From Promethearchaeota archaeon (GTDB lineage: Archaea > Asgardarchaeota > Lokiarchaeia > Sigyniarchaeales > SOKP01): 19,352 nucleotides of DNA. The notes under the pieces are model-generated. The model did not search any database and had not been told where the DNA came from. It was given only the letters and a program-made list of their open reading frames with translations. The position numbers were made by a program, and so were the translations under genes. The stretch covers positions 1 through 19,352 of the forward strand of contig JALGVJ010000061.1 of the NCBI GenBank assembly GCA_029838195.1. The letters are read 5' to 3'. The first letter of the stretch is position 1. Every line of letters begins with the position of its first letter. Positions 1-9,987 of this stretch are shown here, one piece after another.

Positions 1-2
1 TC

Positions 3-1257
3 GAAGCAATTGAGCTTCGAATTAGTGAGAAGTTAATCAAAGAGTTTAAGGTCTCAATGGATACTCTTTTTTACGACCCCACAAATTTTTTCACGTATAT
101 AAATCCGAAAGAGGCGGCAATTCTTCCAAGACACGGGCATTCTAAAGAGGGGCGTTCCACGCTAAACTTGATAGGGTTGGTCTTATTTTGTACCGCCGAT
201 GGCGGCATACCTATCTTTCAAGAGATCTATCCCGGGAACGTTCAAGATGCAAGATTGTTCAAGGAGCAGTTTCCCAATTTTTGCAATAAACTTGAAAAGT
301 TAAGCATTGATGCGGATGATGCGTGCCTCGTATTTGACAAGGGAAACATTTCAAGAGCGGTTTTTGAAAAGATCAAGGCTTCAGGAATCCATTTTGTCTG
401 CTCCCTTCGTCCAAGCACGCAAAAAAAATATTTGCATCTAAAACCCTCTGATTTTCCCCTCAAGACGCTTCCTAATGGTAAAGAAATAGGAGTTCTCGAA
501 TTTGAAGAGCCTGTTCACGGCTCAAATTATAGATTACTTGTAGTTTACAATCCCTCCCTAAAATCATGGCAGGAAAAAAATCTCAAGAAAAAACTTGAAA
601 AGAAGATAACGAGCGTTCATGATTGGTTTAAAAAACGGTTGAATAAAAATAAATGGAGAGAGCCGGCAGCTGTTGCCGCAAAAATACGCTCGCTTTTAGG
701 GGCTAAGAACTTCCTTGAATTAATTGATTTTAAAGTCTCGGGCACCTTCGGTAAGGTAAAATATTCGATTGCAATTGACGATTAAAGTCTCGGGCACCTT
801 CGGTAAGGTAAAATATTCGATTGCAATTGACGATAAAGCGCTAACAACCAAGGTGGATTCGCTCGGAAAAACCTTCTTATTATCCAACCATCCCACATTA
901 AGTCCATTTGAACTTGCATAGCTTTATCGCCAGCAATATACCGTAGAGAGAGCATTTAAATACATTAAATCGCCGTCTCTTTTATCTGTCAGGCCCATTT
1001 ATCATTGGACGGATGAGAGCATCCACGGGCATCTATTTATATGCGTGCTCGGACTGTTGCTCCTCATGCTTTTAGTAAGAAAAATCCGGCGTGGATTCAA
1101 GAAGATGAGCTTATTTGAAATTGTTGATTATTTATCGGAGATAGACCTTGCCCTCGTGAGATATAAAGGCTCACGCAAGGTGATTAAAAAAATTGTAGAG
1201 ATATCTCCTGAAGCAAGGGAATTATCCGAATTTTTAGAGCTTACGGATTTTATATAA
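3..1257 (+). pseudogene. IS1634-family DDE transposase pseudogene (5' part outside window)
   Basis: Frame is open from position 3. Motifs FYDPTNF, RHGHSKEGR, YPGNVQD, VFDKG and, after the break, YRQQYTVERAFKYIKS..RPIYHW....IHGHLFICVLGL are typical of IS1634 transposases. A 52-bp duplication creates TAA at 783-785 and a frameshift, and there is an in-frame TAG at 919-921. Confidence 0.88.
731..834 (+). repeat. Perfect 52-bp tandem duplication inside IS1634 transposase
   Basis: TAAAGTCTCGGGCACCTTCGGTAAGGTAAAATATTCGATTGCAATTGACGAT occurs at 731-782 and 783-834. Confidence 0.97.
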
Positions 1258-1464
1258 ATATTCTCCATTTTTTTTAGTTTTAGAGGAAAAAATTTGAATG
1301 ATGGATATCTTATAAAGTCAAGAAATTAAAAAATTTTTAAATACTAAGTTTTTTGATCTTTCTAATTGTTAAAAATATTCGGATCTCATGTAAAATATGA
1401 GTCATCGTAACTTACATCCTCATGGAAACATCAAATATCTCTATAAGATTAAAAAAAATTGCCC

Positions 1465-3231
1465 TCAACAACCCAAAAATGAATTTAAATTGAACTCTTG
1501 ACCTGAAAATATCAAATCAAGCAATTTATCGAAATCCTTTCCATTTACCTTGCTGGTCATGTACAAAGATGGGTAAATGACATAATACCACATGACCTCG
1601 GGACTCTTGAATCCCTCCGAATGCTTCCGTTGGACCACGAAAGGTCGGAGAGTCCGTTCTGCCGCATTATTATCGGGCGACATGCCCTCGTATTTCAAGT
1701 ATGTAAAAAGCTTTTTTGCATATTTTTCGTAGCTTTTTACCAGTTTCTCCAAATCCGGCTCAATAATGCCTTCCACTTGCAAATTAAACAGAGTTCTCTT
1801 AGTTTTTTCTCAGCAATTTCTTTTGTTAACCTTTTGGATGCCTCTGCTTTCCAATCAAAGGGATCGGGCTTAAAAGCTGCCCAGAATAAAGAACGTAAGT
1901 GGATTGCTTGACCCAAGCTTTTGAGGTTCTGAGTATGCCGAGCATGTAGGGTCTCTATCTAAGATGGAGTCAAGGATTCGAACTTTCTCGGACGACTCCG
2001 CTTTTTGGACACGACTTCAGCCTCCCTTCCTTTCTTAACCGCTTCCTCGTGATTTTTTAATTCATCATGATGAGTTCGATGATGGCGCTAAGTAAATGTC
2101 CTAAACATTTTTGTTGTTCCCCATCTTTAAACTTATCGTATACACGAAAAAAATCAGAAATTAATGTCCCCTCAAACCCTTCCAAAAAATGTTTCACGCT
2201 CTCTTGTTCTCGCGAAGTGCTCTGAATATACAGCACGAAATTAGCACAACACACCACCCACAGCCTCCAATTATCCCCCTTCATCGGAAGGCTTGTCTCA
2301 TCCACGTGTAAAAACGCCTGCGTCTTCACCAATTCCTCTAATTGCTCATGCAAACCTTCGATGACCTTGGAAAAATTCTTGAACCAATTGATAATGGCAC
2401 GTGCCGTGATGAAAAATTACCTTCCAAAATGAGTAGAAAGCTTATCAATAATGACCTCGTAAGGAAGGCCCGTGCGAATGCACCTGCTGGTGATGAAACT
2501 CACCAATGAAAGCCCGATACGGGCATTCTTTAGCAAGCCCTGTTCGGTATATACCCATCTCTTACATTTAGGATACTTCTTCCGCTTGACGATTAACTTC
2601 ACGTTCCTCAACCGCAAGGTGAGATAATCCTTTTTATACTCTTGTTACTGGAATAAATCCGTGACTACCCGTTCATAAGCCTTGTATTTCTTAACACCCT
2701 CCATGCTGATACCGCAATATTAACATTTATGGATATGCAATTCTTTCACTTCTTGGATTTTCTCGGGACGCTTGCGACCACCAGCATAACTGCCTTTTGG
2801 TTTTCCCATTTCATAAGATTTTGGGCCTTCACGAGAATGCGGCAACTAAAAGGGCCCTTCCTCACGATCTCTTCCGCCTCCTCAGCAATCGTCTTTTTCT
2901 GGAGTGCTTTCATCTTCTGTTTGTATCGGGCAAGGTTCTTTTTCTTCACCTCCGCTGACGTGAGTTTCTTGAGATATTTTGCTTCCATTAATTCTTTTTC
3001 TTTTTCCAGTTGCTTTATTTGACCCTGAAATTGGGATTCTTTTCTCAAAAATTCGGCATTCTTGGCTTTTAACTCGTTATCTTTTGCTTTTAGCTCATTA
3101 TCTTTTGCTTTTAACTCAATAGCTGTTTCGATTAGATGGCTCTCATGAGCTCTCTCTTTCCGTTGCAGCGTCCAAAGGAGGAATGTACATGTTCCGATTA
3201 ATAGAGAGAAAATTGAGAGCCATGTTCCCAT
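1465..3231 (-). pseudogene. IS66-family transposase (TnpC-like) pseudogene, multiple stops and frameshifts
   Basis: Collinear fragments: coiled coil, GKPKGS..GGRKRPEKI, Zn-finger remnants C*YCG and PKCKRWVY, LPYE, LHVDETSL....WRLWV, LISDFFRVY...QKCLGHL, PDNNAAERTLRPFVVQRKHSEGFKS. There is a frameshift near 2850 and several internal TAA stops. Confidence 0.9.
3061..3117 (-). repeat. 21-bp imperfect tandem repeat (ELKAKDN heptad, about 2.7 copies) in IS66 transposase N-terminus
   Basis: Translation ELKAKDNELKAKDNELKAK with 21-nt periodicity at DNA level. Confidence 0.85.
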
Positions 3232-3318
3232 GAATAAACGAATTTAAGGTTAAATTTAAATACTTCGGTTTCGGGAACATTTAAGAAGAATCAAAAAACT
3301 TAATGTTTACAAAAATTT

Positions 3319-6300
3319 TCATTTTAAAATAGGTTCTGTTTTTTTTCTACTTCTTTTTTTCCTTATTTTATTTATAATAATGCCCACCATACCAGCAACG
3401 ATAAATATAAATATTAAATTTTTAATCAAATTTTCAAAAATACTTAATTTTTGAGATTGGGATAAAGATTCTTCTTTTTTCTCTATTAATTTCTTTAATC
3501 TACTTTCAAAAGTTTCTTGAAAAGCTTCTTGAAATGTTTTTTCCAAAGCTTTTTGAAATGCTACTTCAAATGCACGATTAAAGATTTCTTCTGAGATTAA
3601 CTTAATTCCTGTCTTAAAAACCCAAGTGTTTGATTGATCAATTAAAACACCATCAGATACATTTACATACCAAGAATAGGTCCTATTTTCTAAAAGGCCT
3701 GACCATACTACGGAGGCTCTTCCTCCACTTGGAATATCATTAACCACTCCAATCAAGCTATCATCGGAAGCATCAAAAAAGTACACGTCTAAAGAATCTC
3801 CATCGGGATCACTAACGTCAACGCTAAGCGTGGGACTTAAGCTCACATCAATCGTATTATTAGCGGGAGATGGATTAGTAGGTTTAAAAGGAGATGAGTT
3901 TAACGGTATTACGGTCTTAAAAATCCATGTGTTTGATTGATTAATTAAAACACCATCAGATACCTTTACATACCAAGAATAAATCGTATTTTCTGAAAGG
4001 CCTGACCATATAACAGAGACGTTTTCTCCACTAAGAACATCAGTGACTCTATCAATCAAGCTATCATCAGAAGCATCATAGAATTCCACTGTTAAGAGAT
4101 CTCCATCAAAATCAAAAACAACAACGCTAAGCGTAGCAATCGTGCTCACATCGATCGTATTATTTTCAGGAGAATAATTTATTATTACTGGAAAATTTGG
4201 GTAAAATGCTATAGTTCCAATATTTTCGGATATCGTGTTATCATAACTGTACTCTAAATATATTCCATACTCATCATTATTGCTAGCGTCATTTCTCAAT
4301 ATCGTGTTCTCATTACTGTATTTTAAATATATTCCATACCTATTATTTTCGGTTGCATTATTTCCCGACACCGTGTTGTTAACACTGTTATCTAAACGGA
4401 TTCCATAATAATTATGACTAGTGTTTAAATTTGTCAAGATATTACCATAGCATTTATATAGAAATATTCCTATAGAGGCATGAGATAAATCTAAATTCCT
4501 AATGAGTGAATCATTGCAATTTATTAAGATCACTTGACCAGCGTTTGAAAAATTGTTATCTTTTAATTCTTTTTCATTTTTATAATAGTACATTAATTTT
4601 TCATTTACCGTATTTCCATTGATAACATGAGAAGAAAAATGTTCTATATTGCCTCCCTCAAGGCTAATACCACACTTTATCAATACATTATTTGAAATGT
4701 TATTAAAAAAACTATAACTTGACATTATTCCATAACGACTATTATTATTAGCATCATTTCCCGATACCGTATTGTTATCACTGTAAATTAAATCTATTCC
4801 ATCCACACCATTATTGCTAGCGTCATTTCCCGACACCGTGTTCTCATTACTGTAAATTAAATCTATTCCATCCACACCATTATTGCTAGCGTCATTTCCC
4901 GACACCGTGTTCTCATTACTGTACCATAGTTCTATTCCATAAGAACTGTGGGTTGCGTTATTTCCCGACACCGTGTTGTTATCACTGTTATCTAAATAAA
5001 TTCCAATCCAATTATGATTAGTGTTTAAATTTGTCAAAATATTATTATGGCATTTATATAAAAATATTCCTATAGAGGCATGAGATAAATCTAAATTCCT
5101 AATGAGTGAATTACTGCAATTTATTAAGATCACTTGACCAGCGTTTGAAAAATTGTTATCATTTAATTCTTTTTCATTTTTATAATAGTATATTAATTTT
5201 TCATTTGCCGTATTTCCATTGATAACATGAGAAGTAAAATGTTCTATATTGTCTCCGTAAAGGAAGATACCACAATTTATTAATACATTATTTGAAATGT
5301 TATTAAAACGACTATCTATTGAATTTATTCCATAACGACCATTATTGCTAACCTCATTTCCCGACACCATATTCTCATCACTTGAAATTAAAAATATTCC
5401 ATTATCATCATTACTACTTACATTATTTTCTAATATTATATTTTTATTACTATAATCCAAGGCAATTCCATTAGAATAATAATTATTAGTTGCGTTATTT
5501 CTCAGTATCGTGTTCTCATGACTGGACTCTAAATATATTGAATCATGAGTGTTATATTTTACGTCATTTCCCAAAACCGTGTTATTATCACTGGACTCTA
5601 AATGTATTCCATAATAGTTATTGCTAGCGTCATTTCCCGACACCGTGTTCTCATCACTCAGACATAAAAATATTCCATCATTACTATTGCTAGCGTCATT
5701 TCCCGACACCGTGTTGTTCTCACTATTTTTTAAGTATATTCCATACCTATTATGACTAGTGTTTAAATTTGTCAAAATATTATTATGGCATTCATATAGA
5801 AATATTCCAGTAGAGGCATGAGATAAATCTAAATTCCTGATGAGTGAATCATTGCAATTTACTAAGAACACTTGAGCTGCGTTTGAAAAATTATTATCAT
5901 TTAATTCTTTTTCATTTTCATAATAGTATATTAATTTTTCATTTACCGTATTTCCATTGATAATATGAGAAGAAAAATGTTCTTTATTGACTCCGTCAAG
6001 GAAGATACCACATTTTATCAATACATTATTTGAAATGTTATTAAAATAACTCAAACTTGAAACTATTCCATAACCATTATCATTTTCGTCGTTTGTCGAT
6101 GCGTTGTTATTATTACTGTAAAATAGAGTTATTCCATACCAATTATCGCTTGCGTTATTTTTTATTATTGCATTATATCCACCTGATATTAAAATTATTC
6201 CATAAGTATTGTTAATTACTTTGTTTTCCTTTAGCATGTTATAATTACCTGCATATAGATATACTCCTATATTATTGTTTGAACAATTATTCTCAATTAG

Positions 6301-6720
6301 CTTTCCGTTATTAGAGGTATCGAGTTTAATCCCAGCATACATATATATGGGATCACTGGAGGACCCTAATTCAGCGCCATAAATCGTTCCTATAGGAGAA
6401 TTGGATGCGTCTATGGTCACGTTTTCAATAATGTGAGGGTCTGCCTCGGTACCCGCTCCCACTTGAATCCACGGTAAACTGTTCTCAGACCAATTATCAT
6501 TTTTTACATGAATGAATGCTACATCATCTTCATCCCAGAAACCTGCAAGCTTTATTTTTTTATTTTTAATAGAATTCTCATTAAACTCTCTTTTGTTGCG
6601 TTCTTCCAGTTTAGAGCCTGTATAAACGCCCTCAAGATCAGCCATGCTAATATAAGTTAGTACCAAGATTGAAATTATTGAAATGGCAAGTAAGAGATTT
6701 AAATCTTTTTTCATTACCAT
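3319..6720 (-). CDS. Large membrane-anchored right-handed parallel beta-helix repeat (NosD/CASH/PbH1) surface protein with two C-terminal Ig/FN3-like domains
   Basis: N-terminal hydrophobic signal/anchor, many GIxLxxSxxNTVSGNxxxxN 22-23 aa repeats, three ~110-aa near-identical modules, two ~101-aa D.DGD.L.V.F...W.GL.EN..YSWYV.VSDG domains, then a C-terminal TM helix and Lys/Arg tail. Confidence 0.9.
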   Translation of the reverse strand: MVMKKDLNLLLAISIISILVLTYISMADLEGVYTGSKLEERNKREFNENSIKNKKIKLAGFWDEDDVAFIHVKNDNWSENSLPWIQVGAGTEADPHIIENVTIDASNSPIGTIYGAELGSSSDPIYMYAGIKLDTSNNGKLIENNCSNNNIGVYLYAGNYNMLKENKVINNTYGIILISGGYNAIIKNNASDNWYGITLFYSNNNNASTNDENDNGYGIVSSLSYFNNISNNVLIKCGIFLDGVNKEHFSSHIINGNTVNEKLIYYYENEKELNDNNFSNAAQVFLVNCNDSLIRNLDLSHASTGIFLYECHNNILTNLNTSHNRYGIYLKNSENNTVSGNDASNSNDGIFLCLSDENTVSGNDASNNYYGIHLESSDNNTVLGNDVKYNTHDSIYLESSHENTILRNNATNNYYSNGIALDYSNKNIILENNVSSNDDNGIFLISSDENMVSGNEVSNNGRYGINSIDSRFNNISNNVLINCGIFLYGDNIEHFTSHVINGNTANEKLIYYYKNEKELNDNNFSNAGQVILINCSNSLIRNLDLSHASIGIFLYKCHNNILTNLNTNHNWIGIYLDNSDNNTVSGNNATHSSYGIELWYSNENTVSGNDASNNGVDGIDLIYSNENTVSGNDASNNGVDGIDLIYSDNNTVSGNDANNNSRYGIMSSYSFFNNISNNVLIKCGISLEGGNIEHFSSHVINGNTVNEKLMYYYKNEKELKDNNFSNAGQVILINCNDSLIRNLDLSHASIGIFLYKCYGNILTNLNTSHNYYGIRLDNSVNNTVSGNNATENNRYGIYLKYSNENTILRNDASNNDEYGIYLEYSYDNTISENIGTIAFYPNFPVIINYSPENNTIDVSTIATLSVVVFDFDGDLLTVEFYDASDDSLIDRVTDVLSGENVSVIWSGLSENTIYSWYVKVSDGVLINQSNTWIFKTVIPLNSSPFKPTNPSPANNTIDVSLSPTLSVDVSDPDGDSLDVYFFDASDDSLIGVVNDIPSGGRASVVWSGLLENRTYSWYVNVSDGVLIDQSNTWVFKTGIKLISEEIFNRAFEVAFQKALEKTFQEAFQETFESRLKKLIEKKEESLSQSQKLSIFENLIKNLIFIFIVAGMVGIIINKIRKKRSRKKTEPILK
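3611..4160 (-). repeat. Duplicated Ig/FN3-like domain coding segments (offset 303 bp)
   Basis: GTCTTAAAAA(C/T)CCA(A/T)GTGTTTGATTGAT..ATTAAAACACCATCAGATAC... at 3611 and 3914. Confidence 0.85.
4411..6078 (-). repeat. Three ~330-bp near-identical intragenic modules (4411-4740, 5011-5340, 5749-6078)
   Basis: Each encodes FNNISNNVLI.CGI.L.G.N.EHF.SH.INGNT.NEKL.YYY.NEKEL.DNNFSNA.QV.L.NC..SLIRNLDLSHAS.GIFLY.C..NILTNLNT.HN, with high DNA identity by eye. Confidence 0.92.
4780..4923 (-). repeat. Perfect 69-bp tandem duplication (one beta-helix rung, 23 aa)
   Basis: ACTGTAAATTAAATCTATTCCATCCACACCATTATTGCTAGCGTCATTTCCCGACACCGTGTTCTCATT at 4780 and 4849. Confidence 0.95.
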
Positions 6721-7211
6721 TTTAATTTCAGTCTTATAATGGAATTTTGCTGAATGACAATATTATTCAAATATTCATGCATTTTGTATATGATAATTAG
6801 ATAAAAAGATCATGATTTTATAATTAAATTTTATGATGCAAAATTGAGCTATGAATGAGATATGATCTACTTTTATTTGAGTTTTAAAATTTTTAGATTT
6901 CTCACTCAGACTCCAAAAACTATATAAAATCTAAATATATACCTGATATCTACATAAAAATAGATACATTTTTACTCCTAAAATCGCGAATTCATGTACT
7001 ACTTTTTTCTATTCAATTTTGATAATAGATCAAAATCTTCAAGAGATTGAAAGGACTCCAGATTTGCTCTAAATATCAAATAAAAAAGTTTAAACTTTTT
7101 AAATAATTACAAATTTACACGACTCAAACTAACTAATTAAGAAAATAAATCTCTTAATTTAAAAGAAGTTAGATAATTAATTATAATTAAGTAAAAAAGA
7201 ACAAATTTTAA

Positions 7212-8729
7212 TTAAAATCTTTTATCTGTCTCATGAGGTACGACATCGCACGTTTCCATGTACCACGTGAGCATGCGTTCTTTAAATTGTTGTAATATTT
7301 CCTTGTAATTAGGATCATCAATTAAATTTGTTAGTTCTTGAGGATCATTTTTTAAATCATACAACTCATCGGTTTCATATAATCTTCGGACGTATTTATA
7401 CTGCTTTGTTCTACACATGGCTGCTTTAGTGTGATAAGGCCCATCATCCGAGATCTGTAAGGACAAGCGAGGCCAGTATTGCGTTTTGGGCCAAAGTTTC
7501 TTGAATTTACTCAAGGATTCTAATTCCATAGCTTGCTTTTCGCCTTTTAATCGTCCACCTTCTGCGAAAACAGCATCTCTATGTTCATTTCTTTCCCCCG
7601 TGAGCAAGGGAATGAGACTCTTTCCGAAATGAGAATAATTAGGTTCAATGGTGAGAACATCATAGACCGTTGCGGGAAAATCTATTAATTCTACTAAAGC
7701 ATCACGGACTCCGGGTTTTACAGGAATTGTTGCTGGGGGTTTAATGAGAAAGGGAACTCGGACCAGGCAATCTTCGAAAGTATTTTGAGTTTTTTCCACT
7801 AATCCAAAGTCTCCCGTGAAATCGCCGTGATCGGCAAAAAAGAAAATCATGGTATTATCATACATCCCTTTATCTTTTAAGGCCTTAATAATCATCCCAA
7901 ATTGATGATCTAAGCGTGCACACATGCCATAATACGTGGCTCTTAGTTCCGTCCAGCGCTCTTCCGACCATCCTTGCATGTGCTGTCGTTCATGAATTCC
8001 TTTTAAAATGGAAGGCTTTTTTTCCCAAGTTTCCGGAGCTTGTATTCTTGGAGGGAGCAATTTTCTATTTATCATGCTAAACCAAGGCTCTTCTACTGCA
8101 TAAGGCGGATGAGGATTCAATAAGGGTAAGAAAATGCAGAAAGGCATTTCTTCTTGCTTGAGGTCATGTATGAAATCCACGGCTCCTAATATCATGCCCC
8201 AATCAATATCAAAATATACATCATCCGTTCCTTTATCTAACTTGCCGGCAAAAAAACTATAATATGTATCGCTATTTTCCTCGCCTCTCCACCATTTATC
8301 TGCAACATGCACGCTTTTTCTATATCTGACACCCCACCGTTTTAAATCTTCTTTTTTCGGAGCATATTTCACGTGACAGTAATCATCATACCCAAACTGA
8401 CCTGGAGTTAGGTCATTTTTGCCACCCCACCAAACAAAATATCCTTCGTCCTTTAAGATTTTTAATAGATTAGGTTCTCCTCTTTCGGCGTGGAGCATGT
8501 GATACATGGTACGATGCCCTCGCACGTGGGGATACCATCCTGTCATGAAGCTACAACGAGATGGGGTACAGACGGGATTCTGACAATAAGAATTCGTGAA
8601 AGAAACAGCATCTGTTTTAACTAAGTCATCTAAATTTGGAGTTATTGCGGCTGGGTTTCCCACGTGCCCCAAAACATCTCCTCTCCATTGATCCGGATTA
8701 AAAATCAGAATATTAGGTCGCTCACTCAA
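7212..8729 (-). CDS. Sulfatase-family hydrolase (Cys-type, alkaline phosphatase superfamily)
   Basis: RPNILIFNPDQWR N-terminus, CTPSR formylglycine motif (CxPxR) followed by FMTG, plus PHPPY, ADHGD, RVPFLI and ELYDLKNDPQELTNL. TTG start, no signal peptide. Confidence 0.93.
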   Translation of the reverse strand: MSERPNILIFNPDQWRGDVLGHVGNPAAITPNLDDLVKTDAVSFTNSYCQNPVCTPSRCSFMTGWYPHVRGHRTMYHMLHAERGEPNLLKILKDEGYFVWWGGKNDLTPGQFGYDDYCHVKYAPKKEDLKRWGVRYRKSVHVADKWWRGEENSDTYYSFFAGKLDKGTDDVYFDIDWGMILGAVDFIHDLKQEEMPFCIFLPLLNPHPPYAVEEPWFSMINRKLLPPRIQAPETWEKKPSILKGIHERQHMQGWSEERWTELRATYYGMCARLDHQFGMIIKALKDKGMYDNTMIFFFADHGDFTGDFGLVEKTQNTFEDCLVRVPFLIKPPATIPVKPGVRDALVELIDFPATVYDVLTIEPNYSHFGKSLIPLLTGERNEHRDAVFAEGGRLKGEKQAMELESLSKFKKLWPKTQYWPRLSLQISDDGPYHTKAAMCRTKQYKYVRRLYETDELYDLKNDPQELTNLIDDPNYKEILQQFKERMLTWYMETCDVVPHETDKRF

Positions 8730-8967
8730 GACGCATCATTTTTTTCATGATAATTTAAAATTAAGAGAAGAATCATTGGTTTATAATTTTAAATTTCTAT
8801 TGAATATTCTTTTGTTTTAAATGATGAACACTATGATAATTTAGATTTATTTTTCTTAATTTAAAAGTCTCATTATTCTCATTGATTAGTAACAATTATT
8901 TAGAACATGAGGATGGTAAAAATATTAAAAAATAAGGGGTTCTTCAGTTTTAAAATGAATGAAAAGG

Positions 8968-9987
8968 TTATTCTCTGTTAATAATGCTATTAATGGTTAG
9001 TTCAGAGATGTCGGTAGAATATTCTCCCGTTCTCCTGATGCTCTCGATGATATAACTCAGAGCAATGAACGCATCAAAATCTAAATTGGTTCCATTTTTA
9101 AATGAAATGTTTTCGCAAGCTTCAATGAGTTTATTAATGGATTTAATATTTTCGTTAGCAATGAACATGTCTTTTTGAAGCCATGCATCCAAGCTACGGC
9201 TGAAGAGTTCCAATGAAATTTTACTTGCGTGCGAAATTTTATCAATAATCTCTTCATCGATTTCTTTTTCAATTATTTTTAAAGCATTTCGTGCTATTTT
9301 TTCGGCATGGTCGGCAATCCGTTCTAAAAATCGACTCATGGCTTGGAAATGGTTTGCATCTTCTAAGGTAATCCCCAATTTTTGAGCTAAGATAATGTCT
9401 CTTAAGATAATATTAGATTGGCGGGAAATTAGCCAGTGCAATCTATCGACATCATTGTCTCTTTTAATGACATCTTCCGCTAATTCTTTATTTCTTTTTA
9501 TCAGAGAATTAATGGCATCATCGTGCATGCGTTCAATTAAGATATACATTCTGCGAATCGTCTTTTCGAAGGGCATTTCTTTTGGATTCAAGAGATCTTT
9601 CATTATTACAAGGTTATTCGATTCTTCAATAATTTCAGGGCCTATGGCGATTTTTGTAAAGTTAATAATGGTGTCGTGGAAGGAAGAATCAAATCTTCTA
9701 CTTGATTTTACAATTATTTTTGAATACCCCATGATATATGCTCCAATCAAGATACGAAATAAAAATTCCGGGTCTTTATAATCTTCTACTAGAATTTCTT
9801 TTGTTTTAAGATTGCTTTCGGAATTAATATTAGGCGTGATGAGTAAATTTCCGTCCGGTTGGGATATTATTCCTATAGAATCATTTTTTTCAATCCCGTG
9901 TTTTATAATCCACGGTTTTGGTAAAGAAATGATGTAAGAACTGCCACCTGTCTTTTGAACTTTTCTCGTTTCTACATTATAAGACAT
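8968..9987 (-). CDS. phoU: Archaeal phosphate uptake regulator: AbrB/SpoVT DNA-binding domain fused to PhoU domains
   Basis: ETRKVQKTGGSSYIISLPKPW AbrB-like N-terminus. PhoU repeats DVIKRDNDVDRL, LERIADHAEKIA and ESIRRTGEYSTDISE. Adjacent to pst genes. Confidence 0.92.
   Translation of the reverse strand: MSYNVETRKVQKTGGSSYIISLPKPWIIKHGIEKNDSIGIISQPDGNLLITPNINSESNLKTKEILVEDYKDPEFLFRILIGAYIMGYSKIIVKSSRRFDSSFHDTIINFTKIAIGPEIIEESNNLVIMKDLLNPKEMPFEKTIRRMYILIERMHDDAINSLIKRNKELAEDVIKRDNDVDRLHWLISRQSNIILRDIILAQKLGITLEDANHFQAMSRFLERIADHAEKIARNALKIIEKEIDEEIIDKISHASKISLELFSRSLDAWLQKDMFIANENIKSINKLIEACENISFKNGTNLDFDAFIALSYIIESIRRTGEYSTDISELTINSIINRE

Larger units (their letters stand above)
1..1322 (+). 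mobile_element. IS1634-family element, right part; putative right end at ...TTATAAAGTCAAG (1322)
   Basis: Transposase pseudogene followed 65 bp later by AAAGTCAAG (reverse complement CTTGACTTT), which resembles IS1634-type termini. The left end is outside the window, so the TIR cannot be confirmed. Confidence 0.55.
1337..3310 (-). mobile_element. IS66-family insertion sequence (single-ORF, ISBst12-like organisation), degenerate, 1974 bp
   Basis: Imperfect TIRs: left TTAAATACTAAGTTTTTTGATCTTTCTAATTGTT (1337-1370) versus right-end reverse complement GTAAACATTAAGTTTTTTGATTCTTCTTAAATGTT (3310-3276). The 8-bp direct repeat AAAAATTT flanks it at 1329-1336 and 3311-3318. GTAA termini and 8-bp TSDs are IS66 hallmarks. 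Confidence 0.82.

Noticed and set aside
919-921. In-frame TAG as pyrrolysine recoding
   Set aside because: The gene has a second inactivating lesion, TGG-to-TAG is a simple explanation, and no pyl genes are in the window.
242-3022. ORFs 242-463, 1621-1911 and 2729-3022
   Set aside because: They are antisense shadows of transposase fragments with no recognisable motifs.
4411-6078. Repeats as a CRISPR array or DGR template/variable repeat pair
   Set aside because: All copies are in-frame coding units within one ORF. There is no spacer structure, no non-coding template copy and no reverse transcriptase or cas gene nearby.
6721-7211. 490-bp intergenic region as hidden gene or RNA
   Set aside because: Very AT-rich, with no convincing ORF, repeat or structure visible by eye.
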